DNA of 64,000 nt from the NCBI GenBank assembly GCA_017439235.1, contig JAFSJN010000005.1, forward strand, positions 3,066 to 67,065, in the 5' to 3' direction. The DNA comes from Paludibacteraceae bacterium. Lineage in GTDB: Bacteria; Bacteroidota; Bacteroidia; Bacteroidales; Paludibacteraceae. Of the stretch, positions 1 through 9,392 are shown piece by piece. Position 1 is the stretch's first letter, and the number at the start of each line of letters is the position of its first letter. The notes beneath the pieces are model-generated. The model saw only the letters and a program-made list of their open reading frames with translations, was not told the origin of the DNA and did not search any database. The position numbers and the translations under genes are program-made.

Positions 1-155
1 ATACTGACATCTGCCAACGACACAATCTTGTCGCGAGCATAGGTCGGCATACGCTTTCCGTCCACCAACGATTCTACAATCAACATGTTATTACCGTGAC
101 TAATCAGTTTCCATAAACCCGGCTTGCCGGTAATAGAGAGAATGTTCTTAAGCAT
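1..155 (-). CDS. DUF5606-like protein (5' part; gene continues beyond the left edge)
   Basis: Minus-strand ATG at 155-153 opens MLKNILSITGKPGLWKLISHGNNMLIVESLVDGKRMPTYARDKIVSLADVS with no stop before position 1. The N-terminus resembles the Bacteroidota DUF5606 family as I remember it. It has its own promoter at 186-217. Confidence 0.55.
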   Translation of the reverse strand, partial: MLKNILSITGKPGLWKLISHGNNMLIVESLVDGKRMPTYARDKIVSLADVS

Positions 156-185
156 AAACAATAGCGTTTTTGTCAATTTCGGCTG

Positions 186-217
186 CAAAAGTACAACTTT
201 TTTTGCGTATCTGCAAA
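186..217 (-). promoter_or_regulatory. Bacteroidota sigma-A promoter (TTTG-N20-TACTTTTG) for the DUF5606-like gene
   Basis: Plus-strand caaaagta at 186-193 is the reverse complement of TACTTTTG (-7 box). caaa at 214-217 is the reverse complement of TTTG (-33 box). The spacer is exactly 20 nt. Confidence 0.7.
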
Positions 218-233
218 TTTTTATGTAATTTTG
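202..233 (+). promoter_or_regulatory. Bacteroidota sigma-A promoter for smpB
   Basis: TTTG at 202-205 and TAATTTTG at 226-233 with a 20-nt spacer, 20 nt upstream of the smpB ATG. It interleaves with the divergent promoter at 186-217. Confidence 0.7.
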
Positions 234-252
234 CACCCCAAATCGCTTAAAA

Positions 253-711
253 ATGCGTCTGAAGAGTGATGTCAATATTAAAAACCGTCGCGCGTATTTC
301 GATTACGAAGTGCTCGATCGGCTTGTCGCCGGTATCCAACTCTATGGTACCGAGATTAAGTCTATCCGCGAATCCAAGGCCTCACTGTCGGATACCTATT
401 GCCAGTTTGTCGGCAATGAGTTGTATGTCAAACAGATGCACATAGCCGAGTATCGTTTCGGTTCGTACGCCAATCATGAGGTCAGACGCGACCGCAAACT
501 GCTCCTGCAGCGCAAAGAACTGCGCAAACTCAAACGACAGACGATGGAAAGCGGTAAGACGATTATCCCCTTGCGGATGTTTATCAACGATAAAGGCTTG
601 GCCAAAATGGAGATAGGCCTTTGTGTAGGTAAGCATGCCTACGACAAACGGCAGAGCATACGCGAGAAAGATGATAAACGCGAGATGGATAGATTGATGA
701 AGAAATACTAA
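253..711 (+). CDS. smpB: SsrA-binding protein SmpB
   Basis: 152 aa. [40 protein letters not shown] and the basic C-terminal tail are typical SmpB. Confidence 0.95.
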   Translation: MRLKSDVNIKNRRAYFDYEVLDRLVAGIQLYGTEIKSIRESKASLSDTYCQFVGNELYVKQMHIAEYRFGSYANHEVRRDRKLLLQRKELRKLKRQTMESGKTIIPLRMFINDKGLAKMEIGLCVGKHAYDKRQSIREKDDKREMDRLMKKY

Positions 712-722
712 TAATCAACGAT

Positions 723-2243
723 ATGAAAGCCTTATTGATGATTCTCGATGGCTGGGGAATCGGTGCAAAAACTACAGCCAACGCTATCTACTCGACCAAT
801 ACGCCCCACTGGAATGCCTTGCTGGAACAATATCCTCATTCGCAACTCCAAGCCAGTGGCGAGAATGTCGGTCTGCCCGACGGCCAGATGGGCAATAGTG
901 AGGTAGGTCACCTCAACATAGGTGCGGGTAGAGTGGTTTATCAGGATTTGGTAAAAATCAACCGCGCCATCAAAGACGAGTCGATACTCCAAAACCCGGA
1001 GATTATCTCCGCTTTTACGGCAGCACAACAAGCCGGACGTAAGTTGCATATAATGGGTCTGGTCTCCAATGGCGGTGTGCACTCTTCGCTTGACCATCTT
1101 TTCTACCTTCTCAAGATAGCTAAAGACTATGGCTTGGACGGGCGCACCTTCGTTCATTGTTTTATGGATGGCCGCGATACCGACCCGCGTTCGGGTATAG
1201 GCTTTATCGACCGTTTGGAGGCGCAGATGCAGAAGACATGCGGTGAGATAGCCTCTATCCAGGGGCGTTTCTATGCCATGGACCGCGATAAACGCTGGGA
1301 ACGTGTGAAGATAGGTTACGACCTGTTGGTGAACGGCCAAGGCGCTGCCTTCGAGTCGATGCACCAAGCTATGGAGGCTTCCTATGCGGCAGAGGTGACC
1401 GATGAGTTTATTAAGCCTATCGTTCATGTACGCAACGGACAACCGGTAGCTACGATTGCCGAAGACGATGTAGTCATCTTCTTTAATTATCGTAACGACC
1501 GCGCACGCGAGATGACCATCGTGCTCACGCAGCAGGATATGCCAGAACAGGGGATGAAGACGATTCCTAACCTGCACTACTACTGCATGACACCTTACGA
1601 GTCCACCTTCCATGGATTGCACATCCTCTTCCCCAAAGAGAATGTACAAAATACCATGGGCGAGATAGTCGCCAAAGCCGGTATGCGCCAACTGCGTATC
1701 GCTGAGACGGAGAAGTTCGCTCACGTCACCTTCTTCTTCTCCGGAGGTCGTGACGCTCAGTTCGAGAATGAAGACCGTATCCTTATCCCCTCGCCCAAGG
1801 TGGCTACCTACGACTTGCAACCCGAGATGTCTGCTCCCGAAGTGGCTGCGGCCTTGAGTGATGCTCTCGATACGCAAAAGTACGATTTTATTGCCCTCAA
1901 CTTCGCTAACGGCGATATGGTCGGACACACCGGAGTGTACTCGTCCATCCAACAGGCAGTCGTTACTATCGATATCTGCGTCGACCGCGTAGTTAAAGCT
2001 GCCCGTAAGAACGGTTACGAGGTCATCATTATCGCAGACCACGGCAATGCTGACAATGCGGTCAATGAAGACGGTACACCCAATACCGCCCATTCGCTCA
2101 ATCCTGTGCCGTTCGTCTATATCAGCGATAAGAAAAACGCTAAGTGCGAAGACGGTATCTTAGCCGATGTCGCTCCGTCGCTATGCCACATCTTAGGTAT
2201 CAAACAACCTAAGGAGATGACCGGCCATTGCCTGATTTATTAA
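723..2243 (+). CDS. gpmI: 2,3-bisphosphoglycerate-independent phosphoglycerate mutase
   Basis: 506 aa. [28 protein letters not shown] and ADHGNAD motifs match iPGM. Confidence 0.95.
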   Translation: MKALLMILDGWGIGAKTTANAIYSTNTPHWNALLEQYPHSQLQASGENVGLPDGQMGNSEVGHLNIGAGRVVYQDLVKINRAIKDESILQNPEIISAFTAAQQAGRKLHIMGLVSNGGVHSSLDHLFYLLKIAKDYGLDGRTFVHCFMDGRDTDPRSGIGFIDRLEAQMQKTCGEIASIQGRFYAMDRDKRWERVKIGYDLLVNGQGAAFESMHQAMEASYAAEVTDEFIKPIVHVRNGQPVATIAEDDVVIFFNYRNDRAREMTIVLTQQDMPEQGMKTIPNLHYYCMTPYESTFHGLHILFPKENVQNTMGEIVAKAGMRQLRIAETEKFAHVTFFFSGGRDAQFENEDRILIPSPKVATYDLQPEMSAPEVAAALSDALDTQKYDFIALNFANGDMVGHTGVYSSIQQAVVTIDICVDRVVKAARKNGYEVIIIADHGNADNAVNEDGTPNTAHSLNPVPFVYISDKKNAKCEDGILADVAPSLCHILGIKQPKEMTGHCLIY

Positions 2244-2264
2244 TGTGCGAGTGCATAAAAAAGC

Positions 2265-2301
2265 AAGCGGGCGGGTGATAACACTCGTCCGTTTGTCTTT
2301 T
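2265..2301 (+). terminator. Putative rho-independent terminator after gpmI
   Basis: 13-bp stem (aagcgggcgggtg / cactcgtccgttt, three G-U pairs) with loop ataa, followed by gtctttt. Confidence 0.45.
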
Positions 2302-2302
2302 G

Positions 2303-2376
2303 TAGCGGGGCCCGGGATTGAACCGGGGACCTCATGATTATGAATCATGCGCTCTAACCAGCTGAGCTACCCCGCC
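2303..2376 (-). tRNA. tRNA with CAU anticodon (elongator Met or lysidine-modified Ile2)
   Basis: The reverse complement GGCGGGGTAGCTCAGCTGGTTAGAGCGCATGATTCATAATCATGAGGTCCCCGGTTCAATCCCGGGCCCCGCTA folds as a 74-nt cloverleaf (T8 A9, GTTCAATCC T-loop). The anticodon loop is TTCATAA. It lacks the initiator hallmarks (no C1xA72 mismatch, no three G-C pairs in the anticodon stem). Confidence 0.9.
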
Positions 2377-2400
2377 TCACTTTTTTTGCAAAAGCGGGTG

Positions 2401-2432
2401 CAAAGGTACTGCTTTTTTTTGAAAGTACCAAA
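2401..2432 (-). promoter_or_regulatory. Promoter for tRNA(CAU)
   Basis: caaaggta at 2401-2408 (reverse complement TACCTTTG) and caaa at 2429-2432, 20-nt spacer. The predicted transcription start is about 17-20 nt before the mature tRNA 5' end. Confidence 0.7.
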
Positions 2433-2441
2433 TAATTTGTG

Positions 2442-2478
2442 AAAAAAAACTGCATTTCGCGCGGAAATGCAGTTTTTT
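2442..2478 (-). terminator. Rho-independent terminator downstream of the acyl-CoA ligase gene
   Basis: Perfect 9-bp stem ctgcatttc / gaaatgcag (2450-2458 and 2464-2472) with loop gcgcg. It is flanked by A8 on the left and T6 on the right, so it gives a U-run on both strands. Confidence 0.8.
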
Positions 2479-2498
2479 AGGGCCTTTAAGCAGACAGA

Positions 2499-4118
2499 TT
2501 ACTTGTACATGAAGCGTTTGATGGACTTTTTCGGTGTCTTCTCAAACTCTTGCTCCACCAACTCAATCTCACTGATCTGGCTGTACGAGGGAAGCAGTTT
2601 ATTCACTTTGAGCAGTTGTTGGTTCAAGTCCTCCTGCACTTTGGCTAAGTTGGTCAAATCCTCCGGGAAGACCAAAGCTACCAGCTTGCCTTCGCGTTCT
2701 ACAACTACGGACTCTACTACACCCTCCATCGAGTTAATCTTATCCTCAATCTCCTCGGGGTAGATATTTTGGCCACTGGCACCTAAAATCATGTTCTTGG
2801 AGCGACCACGCAGGTAGATATTGCCTTTTTTGTCGATAATACCTATATCTCCCGTGCGCATCCAACCGTCATCGGTAAAGATATTGTCCGTAGCCTGTAC
2901 GTTCTTATAGTAACCTCGCATCACATTGTCGCCGCGTACGAGCAACTCACCTTCTACATGATACGGATCGCTGCTGTCAATCTTCAATGCCATACGGTCT
3001 ACAATACGTCCGCACGAACGGAAAGCATACGTCTTAGGATGTGCATAAGCCAATAACGGAGCACACTCCGTCATTCCGTAACCGCACGTGTAGGGGAAGC
3101 CTATCTGACGCATGGCGCGTTCTACATCCTCATTAAGCGCGGCACCACCGATAATCAGGAAGTCCAGATGACCACCAAAACTCTCCATCAACTGTTTGTA
3201 TACCTTATGACGGATAATTTGACCGATAACCGGTGTGTACCATAAAATCTTAACCAAGGGCTTCTGGATAGCCGGCAGGATCTTTTTCTTGAAGATTTTC
3301 TCTACTACCAACGGCACCGTCAGAATCATGAACGGCTGTACGTCGTGGAAGGCTTTCATCAGCAATGCCGGTGTCAGACTCTTGGTCACAAAATAGATGT
3401 GCGTGCCACCTGCCAATTGATAGATGAACTCAAACATCAAACCGAACATATGAGCCAGCGGCAACATCGATACGATAGGACGATTGTTGCGGTTGGGGAT
3501 ATTGTCCTGACCGAAGATAACATTCGAACTCATGTTGCGATGCGTTACCATTACACCCTTGGGGTTACCGGTCGAACCGGAGGTGTAGTTGATGAGCGCT
3601 ACATCGTCTAAGTTGTCAACTGGATAGTTCACATCCTTGATACTGAAGCCGTTGGGATAGCGTTTGGTAAACAACGTATCGATAGCTGCTAAGTCAATCG
3701 TCTTAGCCGACTTCATGATACTCAGGTCCTGAATGGCAATAAAAGTATCTATGCCGGGCATCTGATCCAAATCAATACGACCGCGTACCCACGGACCTAC
3801 AAACAATAACTTGGCATCCGAATGGTTCACCAAATCATGAATGCTCTCCGATGTGAATTCGGGTAATATACTTACGGCAATACCTCCGTATGTGGCAATA
3901 GCCAAATAACAAACCGCCCAGTTGGAAGAGTTACGACCGCAAATAGCCATCTTATCACCGGGCTTCAATCCGGCTTTCTCAAATACCAAATGCATCCAGG
4001 CTACCTTTTGGGCCATCTCCCCGTATGAATAATTAACGGTCCCTTCGAAGTCGCTCAAGGCCGGCTTGTTCCAACCCTTCTCCATCGACTCCTTAATGTA
4101 AGTTAAATAATGTTTCAT
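2499..4118 (-). CDS. AMP-dependent synthetase/ligase (long-chain fatty acid-CoA ligase-like)
   Basis: 539 aa. YTSGSTGNPKGVMVTH (AMP-binding P-loop), GYGMTE and TGDIG motifs. Confidence 0.9.
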   Translation of the reverse strand: MKHYLTYIKESMEKGWNKPALSDFEGTVNYSYGEMAQKVAWMHLVFEKAGLKPGDKMAICGRNSSNWAVCYLAIATYGGIAVSILPEFTSESIHDLVNHSDAKLLFVGPWVRGRIDLDQMPGIDTFIAIQDLSIMKSAKTIDLAAIDTLFTKRYPNGFSIKDVNYPVDNLDDVALINYTSGSTGNPKGVMVTHRNMSSNVIFGQDNIPNRNNRPIVSMLPLAHMFGLMFEFIYQLAGGTHIYFVTKSLTPALLMKAFHDVQPFMILTVPLVVEKIFKKKILPAIQKPLVKILWYTPVIGQIIRHKVYKQLMESFGGHLDFLIIGGAALNEDVERAMRQIGFPYTCGYGMTECAPLLAYAHPKTYAFRSCGRIVDRMALKIDSSDPYHVEGELLVRGDNVMRGYYKNVQATDNIFTDDGWMRTGDIGIIDKKGNIYLRGRSKNMILGASGQNIYPEEIEDKINSMEGVVESVVVEREGKLVALVFPEDLTNLAKVQEDLNQQLLKVNKLLPSYSQISEIELVEQEFEKTPKKSIKRFMYK

Positions 4119-4161
4119 GCGCGTATATTATTAATGTATACAATATTGCAAAATTGCGCTG

Positions 4162-4193
4162 CAAAGGTACTGCTTTTTGGTGATACGGGCAAA
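4162..4193 (-). promoter_or_regulatory. Promoter for the acyl-CoA ligase gene
   Basis: caaaggta at 4162-4169 (reverse complement TACCTTTG) and caaa at 4190-4193, 20-nt spacer. Confidence 0.7.
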
Positions 4194-4270
4194 TAAATGG
4201 TATTTGGAATGGCGAGTTGGTATGAAAGTGGCTATTTTGGGGTGGAATATAGGTATTCTGGGGTGAAAAT

Positions 4271-4302
4271 TTTGTGTAATTCACGAAAAAAGTGTAATTT
4301 TG
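4271..4302 (+). promoter_or_regulatory. Promoter for parE
   Basis: TTTG at 4271-4274 and TAATTTTG at 4295-4302, 20-nt spacer. The box lies inside the track ORF extension (4197-4325), which supports ATG 4326 as the real start. Confidence 0.7.
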
Positions 4303-4325
4303 CACTCAAATTAAATTGGCGTATT

Positions 4326-6245
4326 ATGGCTGAAAATGTGCAGACAACACCGACCGTAACAGAGTACAATAACGACAGCATCATCCATTTGGATGATCGC
4401 GAACATATTCGTCGACGTCCGGGTATGTATATCGGTAAGTTGGGCGACGGAAGTCACTCCGACGATGGTATATATGTGCTCATGAAAGAGACTATCGACA
4501 ATTCGATAGACGAGTTCCGAATGGGCGAAGGAAAGGTCATAGAGGTGACGGTGCAAGAGGGGAAAGTGACCGTCCGCGACTACGGACGAGGAATACCCTT
4601 GGGCAAATTGGTGGAGGCGGTGTCGATACTCAATACCGGAGGTAAGTACGACAGTAAGGCCTTTAAGAAGTCCGTTGGTTTGAACGGAGTCGGGACCAAA
4701 GCGGTCAATGCGTTGTCGATGGACTTTATGGTAGAGTCGTTCCGTGATAATCAGATGCGCCGGGCGGAGTTCCATCAGGGACACCTGGTCAGCGATACGG
4801 ACGTTCAGCCGTATAGCGGTCCCGAGAAACGCGGTACACGTATCGAGTTCACGCCGGACGGGTCGAAGGGATTGTTTGAGAACTACCAGTTCCGTGACGA
4901 CTATATAGAGACCATGCTACGCAACTATGCTTATCTGAATACCGGTTTGACATTGGTGTACAATGGGCGTAAGTTCTCCTCTAAGAATGGTCTGTTTGAT
5001 CTCTTGACCGAGAATATGACGGTAGAACCGCTTTATCCCATTATTCACATCACCGGTGAGGACATAGAGATAGCCTTGACGCACACCGACCAAAACAACG
5101 ATGAGTATTATTCATTTGTCAACGGTCAGCACACTATACAAGGTGGAACACACCAGGCCGCTTATCGCGAAGCGATAGGACGTACTATCAAAGAGTTCTT
5201 TAATAAGAATCAGGACCTGGCCGACATCCGTAACGGCGTGGTTGGCGCGATAGCCATCAATGTAGAAGAACCGGTCTTTGAGAGTCAGACGAAGGTGAAG
5301 TTAGGCTCTAAAGATATGTCCCCTACAGGTGGCATATCGGTCAATAAATTCGTCAATGATTTCGTTAAGCAGCACTTGGATAACTACCTGCACAAGCACC
5401 CGGAAGTAGCTGAGGTGATGCTGCAAAAGATTCAAGACTCCGAGAAAGAACGCAAGGCTATTGCCGCTGTCAGCAAGGAAGCGCGTGAGCGCACCAAGAA
5501 GAATCTGGTGAACAATCCTAAACTGCGTGATTGTCAAGTACATTATAACGATGCTAAACCAGTACGCTCGGCTAAGGATGCCGATGATGACTTACGTCAG
5601 GAGAGTTGTATCTTTATTACCGAGGGGTTGTCGGCCTCCGGCAGTATAACCAAGAGTCGCGATGTACGCACGCAAGCCGTTTTCTCGCTTCGCGGTAAAC
5701 CGCTCAACTGCTACGGACTAACCAAGAAAGTGGTGTATGAGAACGAGGAGTTCAACTGCCTGCAATCGGCGCTCAACATAGAAGACGGTTTGGATGAATT
5801 GCGCTACAACAAGGTCATCATTGCTACCGATGCCGATGTCGACGGTATGCATATTCGCCTGCTGATGTTGACTTTCTTCTTGCAGTTCTTCCCAGATCTG
5901 GTTAAGAAAGGACACGTATATATCTTGCAAACGCCTCTCTTCCGCGTTAAGAATAAACAGGAAATACGCTATTGCTATAGCGAAGATGAACGTCTCAAAG
6001 CCTTGTCTGAACTGAAGAACCCCGAGATTACCCGATTCAAAGGTTTGGGTGAGATTTCTCCCGATGAATTCAAGGGTTTCATTGGTCAAGAGATACGTCT
6101 GGATCAGGTGACTTTGCGTAAAGAAGACCAGGTGAGTGACCTGCTGTCGTACTATATGGGTAAGAACACTCTGGAGCGCCAAAACTTCATCATCGATAAC
6201 CTGGTAGTAGAGGAAGACGCCGTCGAGGGCGATGTGGCTGTATGA
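4326..6245 (+). CDS. parE: DNA topoisomerase IV subunit B (type IIA topoisomerase B subunit)
   Basis: The track ORF is 4197..6245. The start is trimmed to MAENVQTT at 4326, downstream of the promoter. [28 protein letters not shown], the Toprim EGLSA(S)G and [11 protein letters not shown] motifs are present. The GDGSxxDDGIYVL pattern is what I associate with the Bacteroidota ParE type rather than GyrB. Confidence 0.88.
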   Translation: MAENVQTTPTVTEYNNDSIIHLDDREHIRRRPGMYIGKLGDGSHSDDGIYVLMKETIDNSIDEFRMGEGKVIEVTVQEGKVTVRDYGRGIPLGKLVEAVSILNTGGKYDSKAFKKSVGLNGVGTKAVNALSMDFMVESFRDNQMRRAEFHQGHLVSDTDVQPYSGPEKRGTRIEFTPDGSKGLFENYQFRDDYIETMLRNYAYLNTGLTLVYNGRKFSSKNGLFDLLTENMTVEPLYPIIHITGEDIEIALTHTDQNNDEYYSFVNGQHTIQGGTHQAAYREAIGRTIKEFFNKNQDLADIRNGVVGAIAINVEEPVFESQTKVKLGSKDMSPTGGISVNKFVNDFVKQHLDNYLHKHPEVAEVMLQKIQDSEKERKAIAAVSKEARERTKKNLVNNPKLRDCQVHYNDAKPVRSAKDADDDLRQESCIFITEGLSASGSITKSRDVRTQAVFSLRGKPLNCYGLTKKVVYENEEFNCLQSALNIEDGLDELRYNKVIIATDADVDGMHIRLLMLTFFLQFFPDLVKKGHVYILQTPLFRVKNKQEIRYCYSEDERLKALSELKNPEITRFKGLGEISPDEFKGFIGQEIRLDQVTLRKEDQVSDLLSYYMGKNTLERQNFIIDNLVVEEDAVEGDVAV

Positions 6246-6652
6246 TACCTTTGATTCTCTTTATAACCTTAGGACTGACTATCCTCATCCTCTTTGAGTG
6301 GCGAGCTCGTAAGAAGGCGAAAAATACCGATGAAACCGAGCCTTTGAGAACTACTCCCGTAGCGGATGACTCGGGTTGCTGCGGTCAGCACTTGGTGTGC
6401 GAACGGGAGACGCTCCTACAGACCAATGCCGAGATTATCTACTACGACGATGAAGAATTAGATGCCCTCTCCGGCATCCCCTATACCGAGTATACAGCCG
6501 AGCAGGCTGAACAAATCAGGGAGGTGTTTCGCACTATGCAGGAGAAAGATGTGCCCGGTTGGGTGCGCAGTCTGCAGTTGCGCAATATTCAGTTGCCGGC
6601 CGATGTGCGTGAAGAGGCTTTACTCATCGTTGTGGAGCGCCGCAATAAATAG
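6242..6652 (+). CDS. Hypothetical membrane-anchored protein with a GCCGxHLVC cysteine motif
   Basis: 136 aa. Its ATG overlaps the parE stop (ATGA at 6242-6245). It has an N-terminal TM helix ([17 protein letters not shown]) followed by RARKKAK. I recognise no family. Its 3' end overlaps the convergent CPBP gene by 64 nt. Confidence 0.6.
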   Translation: MIPLILFITLGLTILILFEWRARKKAKNTDETEPLRTTPVADDSGCCGQHLVCERETLLQTNAEIIYYDDEELDALSGIPYTEYTAEQAEQIREVFRTMQEKDVPGWVRSLQLRNIQLPADVREEALLIVVERRNK

Positions 6653-7497
6653 ATGCCCACCATCGTCGCACCCAGACTAACCCATCCTAACCATAGGGTG
6701 TCGGCGGTCCCCAAACTATCCATTTGTTTGATATCCCAACCATTTTGCAATGCCAGGTGATAGAGTAAGGTCACTATGGCGTTGTTGGTGCAGTGCATAA
6801 CGATAGGCACCCATAGACTGCCGCTCCAGGCGAGAGCATAGCCGAAGAGTGCTCCCATCAGCATCCGCGGGATAAAACCGTAGAATTGCACGTGTATGGC
6901 GGAAAAGATAATAGCTGCCAACCAGATAGCTGCGTGGGGCGTACGTTGGTCCTCTCTATCGGAAAAGATGCCCTGCATTACCCCTCTAAAGCAAAACTCC
7001 TCACTTACCGCCGCCAATATGGCTACTACTAACAGGTTGATGACTAAGTTGCCCCAACCGGCAGCGCTGAGCAGTTTCTCGGTCATCTGCATGCCTGCCT
7101 CTTCTTTGGCGCGCATCCATTCTTCTAAGGCACTCAGGGAGGCGGGAAGAGTCATCGCCTGATTCCACGAGCTGATAAGGTTGATGCCCGGCAAGGCAAC
7201 TATCATCAGCACTATAGCGCTAAGCCAGGTCATGGCCGATGCCCCTTTATGGACGTGCAGCCATTCTGCCGGTTGCTCACTCCATATATAGGCGGCTATA
7301 AGTCCGGGCAGGATAAACAGTCCGATATCCTGTGCTGTGACTAACCACCACATAGCGGAGACCGTAGACAGATCTTTTCCGCTGGAGATACAAAAGGCCA
7401 TGCCGACTAAGAAGAGTATACCGAAGCCCAGTATGATACCGAACCATAAAGCCAAGCGCCCGAGGGGCGACAGAGAAGTCCATTTTGATGCTTTCAT
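6589..7497 (-). CDS. CPBP family intramembrane glutamic endopeptidase (CAAX protease-like)
   Basis: This is the C-terminal 302 aa of the 911-aa track ORF, starting at MKASKW (ATG 7497). It is multi-TM and carries the CPBP motifs SEEFCFRG and FSAIH. The upstream part of the track ORF is antisense to typA and runs through two promoters. Confidence 0.85.
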   Translation of the reverse strand: MKASKWTSLSPLGRLALWFGIILGFGILFLVGMAFCISSGKDLSTVSAMWWLVTAQDIGLFILPGLIAAYIWSEQPAEWLHVHKGASAMTWLSAIVLMIVALPGINLISSWNQAMTLPASLSALEEWMRAKEEAGMQMTEKLLSAAGWGNLVINLLVVAILAAVSEEFCFRGVMQGIFSDREDQRTPHAAIWLAAIIFSAIHVQFYGFIPRMLMGALFGYALAWSGSLWVPIVMHCTNNAIVTLLYHLALQNGWDIKQMDSLGTADTLWLGWVSLGATMVGIYLLRRSTTMSKASSRTSAGN

Positions 7498-7501
7498 GCT
7501 G

Positions 7502-7533
7502 CAAAAGTATAAAAAAATTTGCATGTATGCAAA
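7502..7533 (-). promoter_or_regulatory. Promoter for the CPBP protease gene (predicts a leaderless or near-leaderless mRNA)
   Basis: caaaagta at 7502-7509 (reverse complement TACTTTTG) and caaa at 7530-7533, 20-nt spacer. Only 4 nt separate the -7 box from the ATG at 7497. Confidence 0.65.
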
Positions 7534-7549
7534 AAAAAGCGTAACTTTG
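7518..7549 (+). promoter_or_regulatory. Promoter for typA
   Basis: TTTG at 7518-7521 and TAACTTTG at 7542-7549, 20-nt spacer. It overlaps the divergent CPBP promoter. Confidence 0.7.
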
Positions 7550-7572
7550 CACGTTTTTTGGTGTTTTAGAAT

Positions 7573-9381
7573 ATGCAAAAGATTAGAAACATAGCGATTA
7601 TCGCACACGTCGACCATGGTAAGACTACTTTGGTGGACAAAATGTTGTACACGGCTAAGGTGGTACAGGAGTCCCGTCAAGAGGGAGTAGCTAACAAGGA
7701 GTTGATATTGGATAACAATGACTTGGAGCGTGAACGAGGTATCACCATCTTGGCTAAGAATGTAGCTATCGAGTACAAGGGTTACAAGATTAATATCATC
7801 GACACTCCGGGTCACGCGGACTTTGGAGGTGAGGTGGAGCGTGTGCTGAATATGGCAGACGGCGTGTTGCTGCTGGTGGATGCCTTTGAGGGACCGATGC
7901 CGCAGACGCGTTTTGTGTTGCAGAAGGCTTTGCAACTCAACCTCAAACCTATTGTGGTGATCAACAAAGTAGATAAACTCAACTGCCGTCCCGATGAGGT
8001 GCAAGAGGCCGTCTTTGACCTGATGGTTAACCTGGACGCTACGGATGACCAATTGGATTTCCAGACTATCTTCGGTTCGGCTAAGAACGGTTGGATGTCT
8101 ACCGATTGGCGTAAGCCGACGACGGATCTGACAGCCCTCATGGAGGCGATCATTGAGTACATCCCCGAACCGGAAGTATTGGAAGGAACACCTCAGATGC
8201 TGATTACCAGTTTGGACTATAACCCTTATGTAGGTCGTATCGCTATTGGCCGTGTGCACCGTGGTACTTTGCGCGACGGACAAGCCGTGACGCTGGCTAA
8301 GAAAGACGGAGCGCGTATTAAGACTAAGATCAAAGAACTGCACACCTTCCAGGGTATGACGCACGTCAAGACAGACGCCGTCAGCAGTGGTGATATATGT
8401 GCGCTGATAGGTATTGACGGCTTTGAGATTGGTGATACTATCTGCGATATCAACGAGCCGGAGGCTTTGCAACCCATCGCTATTGACGAACCCACTATGT
8501 CGATGGTGTTCACTATTAACGATAGTCCGTTCTTCGGTCAGGAAGGTAAGTTTGTGACCTCGCGTCATATCCATGAGCGCTTGATGAAAGAGTTGGAGAA
8601 GAACCTGGCCTTGCGTGTGGAGAAATCGCCTACCGAAGATGTATGGCACGTATACGGTCGCGGTGTGCTGCACTTGAGCGTACTTATCGAGACGATGCGA
8701 CGCGAGGGATATGAGTTGCAGGTAGGTCAACCGCAGGTTATCATCAAAGAGATTGATGGCGTTAAATGCGAGCCGGTGGAGCAACTGACCGTTAATACTC
8801 CCGAAGAGTGCAGCGGTAAGATTATCGAATACGTCAGCACCCACAAAGGGGAGATGACCCGTATGGAGATGGTCAACGACCGCGTGCAACTGGAGTTCAC
8901 TATTCCTTCCCGCGGTGTCATCGGTATGCGTACGTATGTGATGAATGTCAGTGCCGGTGAGGCTATTATGGCGCACCGCTTCCTGGAGTTCCAACCCTAC
9001 AAGGGCGAGATCGAGAAACGCACCAACGGCAGTCTGATTGCTATGGAGTCGGGTACGGCTTATGCGTACGCCCTGGATAAGTTGCAAGACCGCGGACGCT
9101 TCTTTATCTATCCGCAAGATGAGGTCTATGCCGGTCAGGTAGTAGGTGAGAACTCCAAAGAGGGCGATATCGTCATCAATGTGACCAAGTCGAAGAAACT
9201 GACCAATATGCGTAGTAAATCGGCGGACGATAAGGCCGTCCTGCCGCCTCCTATCATCTTCTCGCTGGAGGAAGCATTGGAATATATCAAAGAGGACGAG
9301 TACGTAGAGGTAACACCTACTCATATGCGTCTGCGCAAAATTATACTGGACGAATTGGAGCGTAAGCGCGCCAATCGCTAA
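7573..9381 (+). CDS. typA: Translational GTPase TypA/BipA
   Basis: 602 aa. AIIAHVDHGKTTLVD, DTPGHADFGGEVER and NKVD G-motifs, with TypA-type C-terminal domains. Confidence 0.96.
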   Translation: MQKIRNIAIIAHVDHGKTTLVDKMLYTAKVVQESRQEGVANKELILDNNDLERERGITILAKNVAIEYKGYKINIIDTPGHADFGGEVERVLNMADGVLLLVDAFEGPMPQTRFVLQKALQLNLKPIVVINKVDKLNCRPDEVQEAVFDLMVNLDATDDQLDFQTIFGSAKNGWMSTDWRKPTTDLTALMEAIIEYIPEPEVLEGTPQMLITSLDYNPYVGRIAIGRVHRGTLRDGQAVTLAKKDGARIKTKIKELHTFQGMTHVKTDAVSSGDICALIGIDGFEIGDTICDINEPEALQPIAIDEPTMSMVFTINDSPFFGQEGKFVTSRHIHERLMKELEKNLALRVEKSPTEDVWHVYGRGVLHLSVLIETMRREGYELQVGQPQVIIKEIDGVKCEPVEQLTVNTPEECSGKIIEYVSTHKGEMTRMEMVNDRVQLEFTIPSRGVIGMRTYVMNVSAGEAIMAHRFLEFQPYKGEIEKRTNGSLIAMESGTAYAYALDKLQDRGRFFIYPQDEVYAGQVVGENSKEGDIVINVTKSKKLTNMRSKSADDKAVLPPPIIFSLEEALEYIKEDEYVEVTPTHMRLRKIILDELERKRANR

Positions 9382-9392
9382 ATGATGAATCT

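Noticed and set aside
732-2093. Long antisense ORFs opposite well-supported genes. Examples: 732..2093 opposite gpmI, 47719..49005 opposite the TPR lipoprotein gene, 52889..53764 and others opposite the giant ORF, and 26231..27007 opposite the ompA-like gene
   Set aside because: Each lies fully inside a gene with strong motif support on the other strand. Their translations have no motifs and a skewed R/H/L/V composition typical of antisense frames. None has a promoter box.
7498-9324. The upstream two-thirds of the 911-aa minus-strand track ORF (6589..9324)
   Set aside because: It is antisense to typA over its whole length and crosses two promoters. It has no recognisable motifs; the translated sequence is low-complexity and H/R/L/Q-rich. 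Only the last 302 aa (from ATG 7497) look like a real CPBP protease.
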